64,000 bases of DNA from Acidobacteriota bacterium (GTDB taxonomy: Bacteria > Acidobacteriota > UBA6911): positions 4,544,001-4,608,000 of the forward strand of contig OY761556.1 in assembly GCA_963664705.1 (NCBI GenBank). Reading direction: 5' to 3'. Position 1 is the stretch's first letter. Each line of letters begins with the position of its first letter. The position numbers and the translations under genes were made by a program. This document shows, one piece after another, positions 62,951-64,000 of this stretch. The notes below the pieces were generated by a model that was not told the DNA's origin, searched no databases, and saw only the letters and a list, made by a program, of their open reading frames with translations.

Positions 62951-63319
62951 AAAATCAGAACTCAGAAACACCGAGTTCCGTTGAAGCAAAAGCAGAACAA
63001 GTCGGAGTTAGTCAGTCTGAATTGTGATTTAGCCGGATATCCCCTGTGCCTGGCAGAAGCACCGTCGGACACAGGGGAGGCTAACAAATCGGAGGGTGCG
63101 GTTAAATAGCACTTCTATTTGGCGGTTTCGTTAATTGGGCCGCTCCCGCCGTAAAGCCTGCAATAACGCTGCAGAACAAGCAAAGGGCTTCGGATCCAAA
63201 CCCGAAGCCCTTGTAATTTTCAGCCACAGAATTGCAGGAATCCCAAATTCGGGATCTCTCTCATACGAAGCCTTTCCGATATCGTCTCAAGCCCGGGAAT
63301 CTGCCCCGACACTAATCAT

Positions 63320-63347
63320 TTGACAATGAGACCAAATTCCATAGAAT
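63320..63347 (+). promoter_or_regulatory. Putative sigma70 promoter of the HTH-PTS IIA gene
   Basis: TTGACA-16 bp-TAGAAT. Confidence 0.6.
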
Positions 63348-63395
63348 GTCCATCTTTGTCCATTGCCATTCCCATATGGCTTGGAGGTGTCATTC

Positions 63396-64000
63396 GTGAA
63401 GATGACTGTCAGGGAAGCATCTAAGCTGTTTAATGTCTCCGAAAAAACGATTTATCGTTGGATTGAGCAGAAAGGACTTCCCGCCTATCGCATCAACAAG
63501 CAGTTCCGTTTCAACCAGACCGAGCTGTTGGAATGGGCGGCTGCCGGTCGAACCAGCTTCTCGCCAGCTCTTCTGGGCGAGCCTGATTCCAATGCCGCGC
63601 CGCTCCCGGATTTGGTTCAGGCGTTGGCAGCCGGGGGCATACACTACAGAGTGGCCGGCCACGACCGGGATTCCGTACTTCGCAGCGTAGTCGAATTGCT
63701 ACGGCTGCCGGATCATGTCGATCGGGAGTTTCTGCTGGAAGTTCTGTTGGCCCGGGAGGCGCTGGGATCCACAGGAATCGGGGATGGAATCGCTCTCCCG
63801 CATGCACGAAACCCGATTGTCCTGAATGTTGAGCGGCCCACTGTCACCTTGTGTTTTCTTGAGAGCCCCGTGGATTTCGCGGCTCTGGATGGCCAGCCTG
63901 TCACAGTGCTGTTCACGTTGATCAGCCAAACAGTCCGCACGCATCTCCACCTCCTCTCCCGCCTGGCCTTCCTTCTCAACAATAAAGATTTCCGAGAGGT
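63396..64000 (+). CDS. Excisionase-like HTH fused to a PTS EIIA (Ntr-type) domain, truncated at window end
   Basis: Not in ORF track; translated by hand: MKMTVREASKLFNVSEKTIYRWI...RE.LGSTGIGDGIALPHAR; GTG start after GGAGG. Confidence 0.9.
   Translation, partial: MKMTVREASKLFNVSEKTIYRWIEQKGLPAYRINKQFRFNQTELLEWAAAGRTSFSPALLGEPDSNAAPLPDLVQALAAGGIHYRVAGHDRDSVLRSVVELLRLPDHVDREFLLEVLLAREALGSTGIGDGIALPHARNPIVLNVERPTVTLCFLESPVDFAALDGQPVTVLFTLISQTVRTHLHLLSRLAFLLNNKDFRE

Overview
Chromosomal window from an anaerobic bacterium, most likely Acidobacteriota (16S 5' signature GAATCAACGCTGGCGG; inferred, not searched). From left to right it holds: an acyl-CoA cluster with two unannotated desulforedoxin-like mini-genes; transporters, pilT-like and fluC-DUF190 genes; two tatA genes behind an RGPP-ending secreted ORF; yqeB, a hexaheme cytochrome and moeA; a 12-gene complex-I-like group 4 [NiFe] hydrogenase operon; an rRNA locus in the unusual order 23S-5S-16S with no tRNAs; a pair of M16 peptidases; and a transcarboxylase/methylmalonyl-CoA mutase operon whose mutA is frameshifted by a 52-bp tandem duplication. 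Near the right end is a three-gene operon (TusA-OsmC fusion, MetE-core protein, Cys-rich TusA protein). Its MetE-core gene is interrupted by an in-frame TGA followed by a SECIS-like hairpin, so it is a probable selenoprotein. Top leads are that Sec-MetE/TusA system, the permuted rRNA operon and the candidate RGPP arrest peptide upstream of tatA. All family assignments come from motif recognition by eye; no database searches were run.
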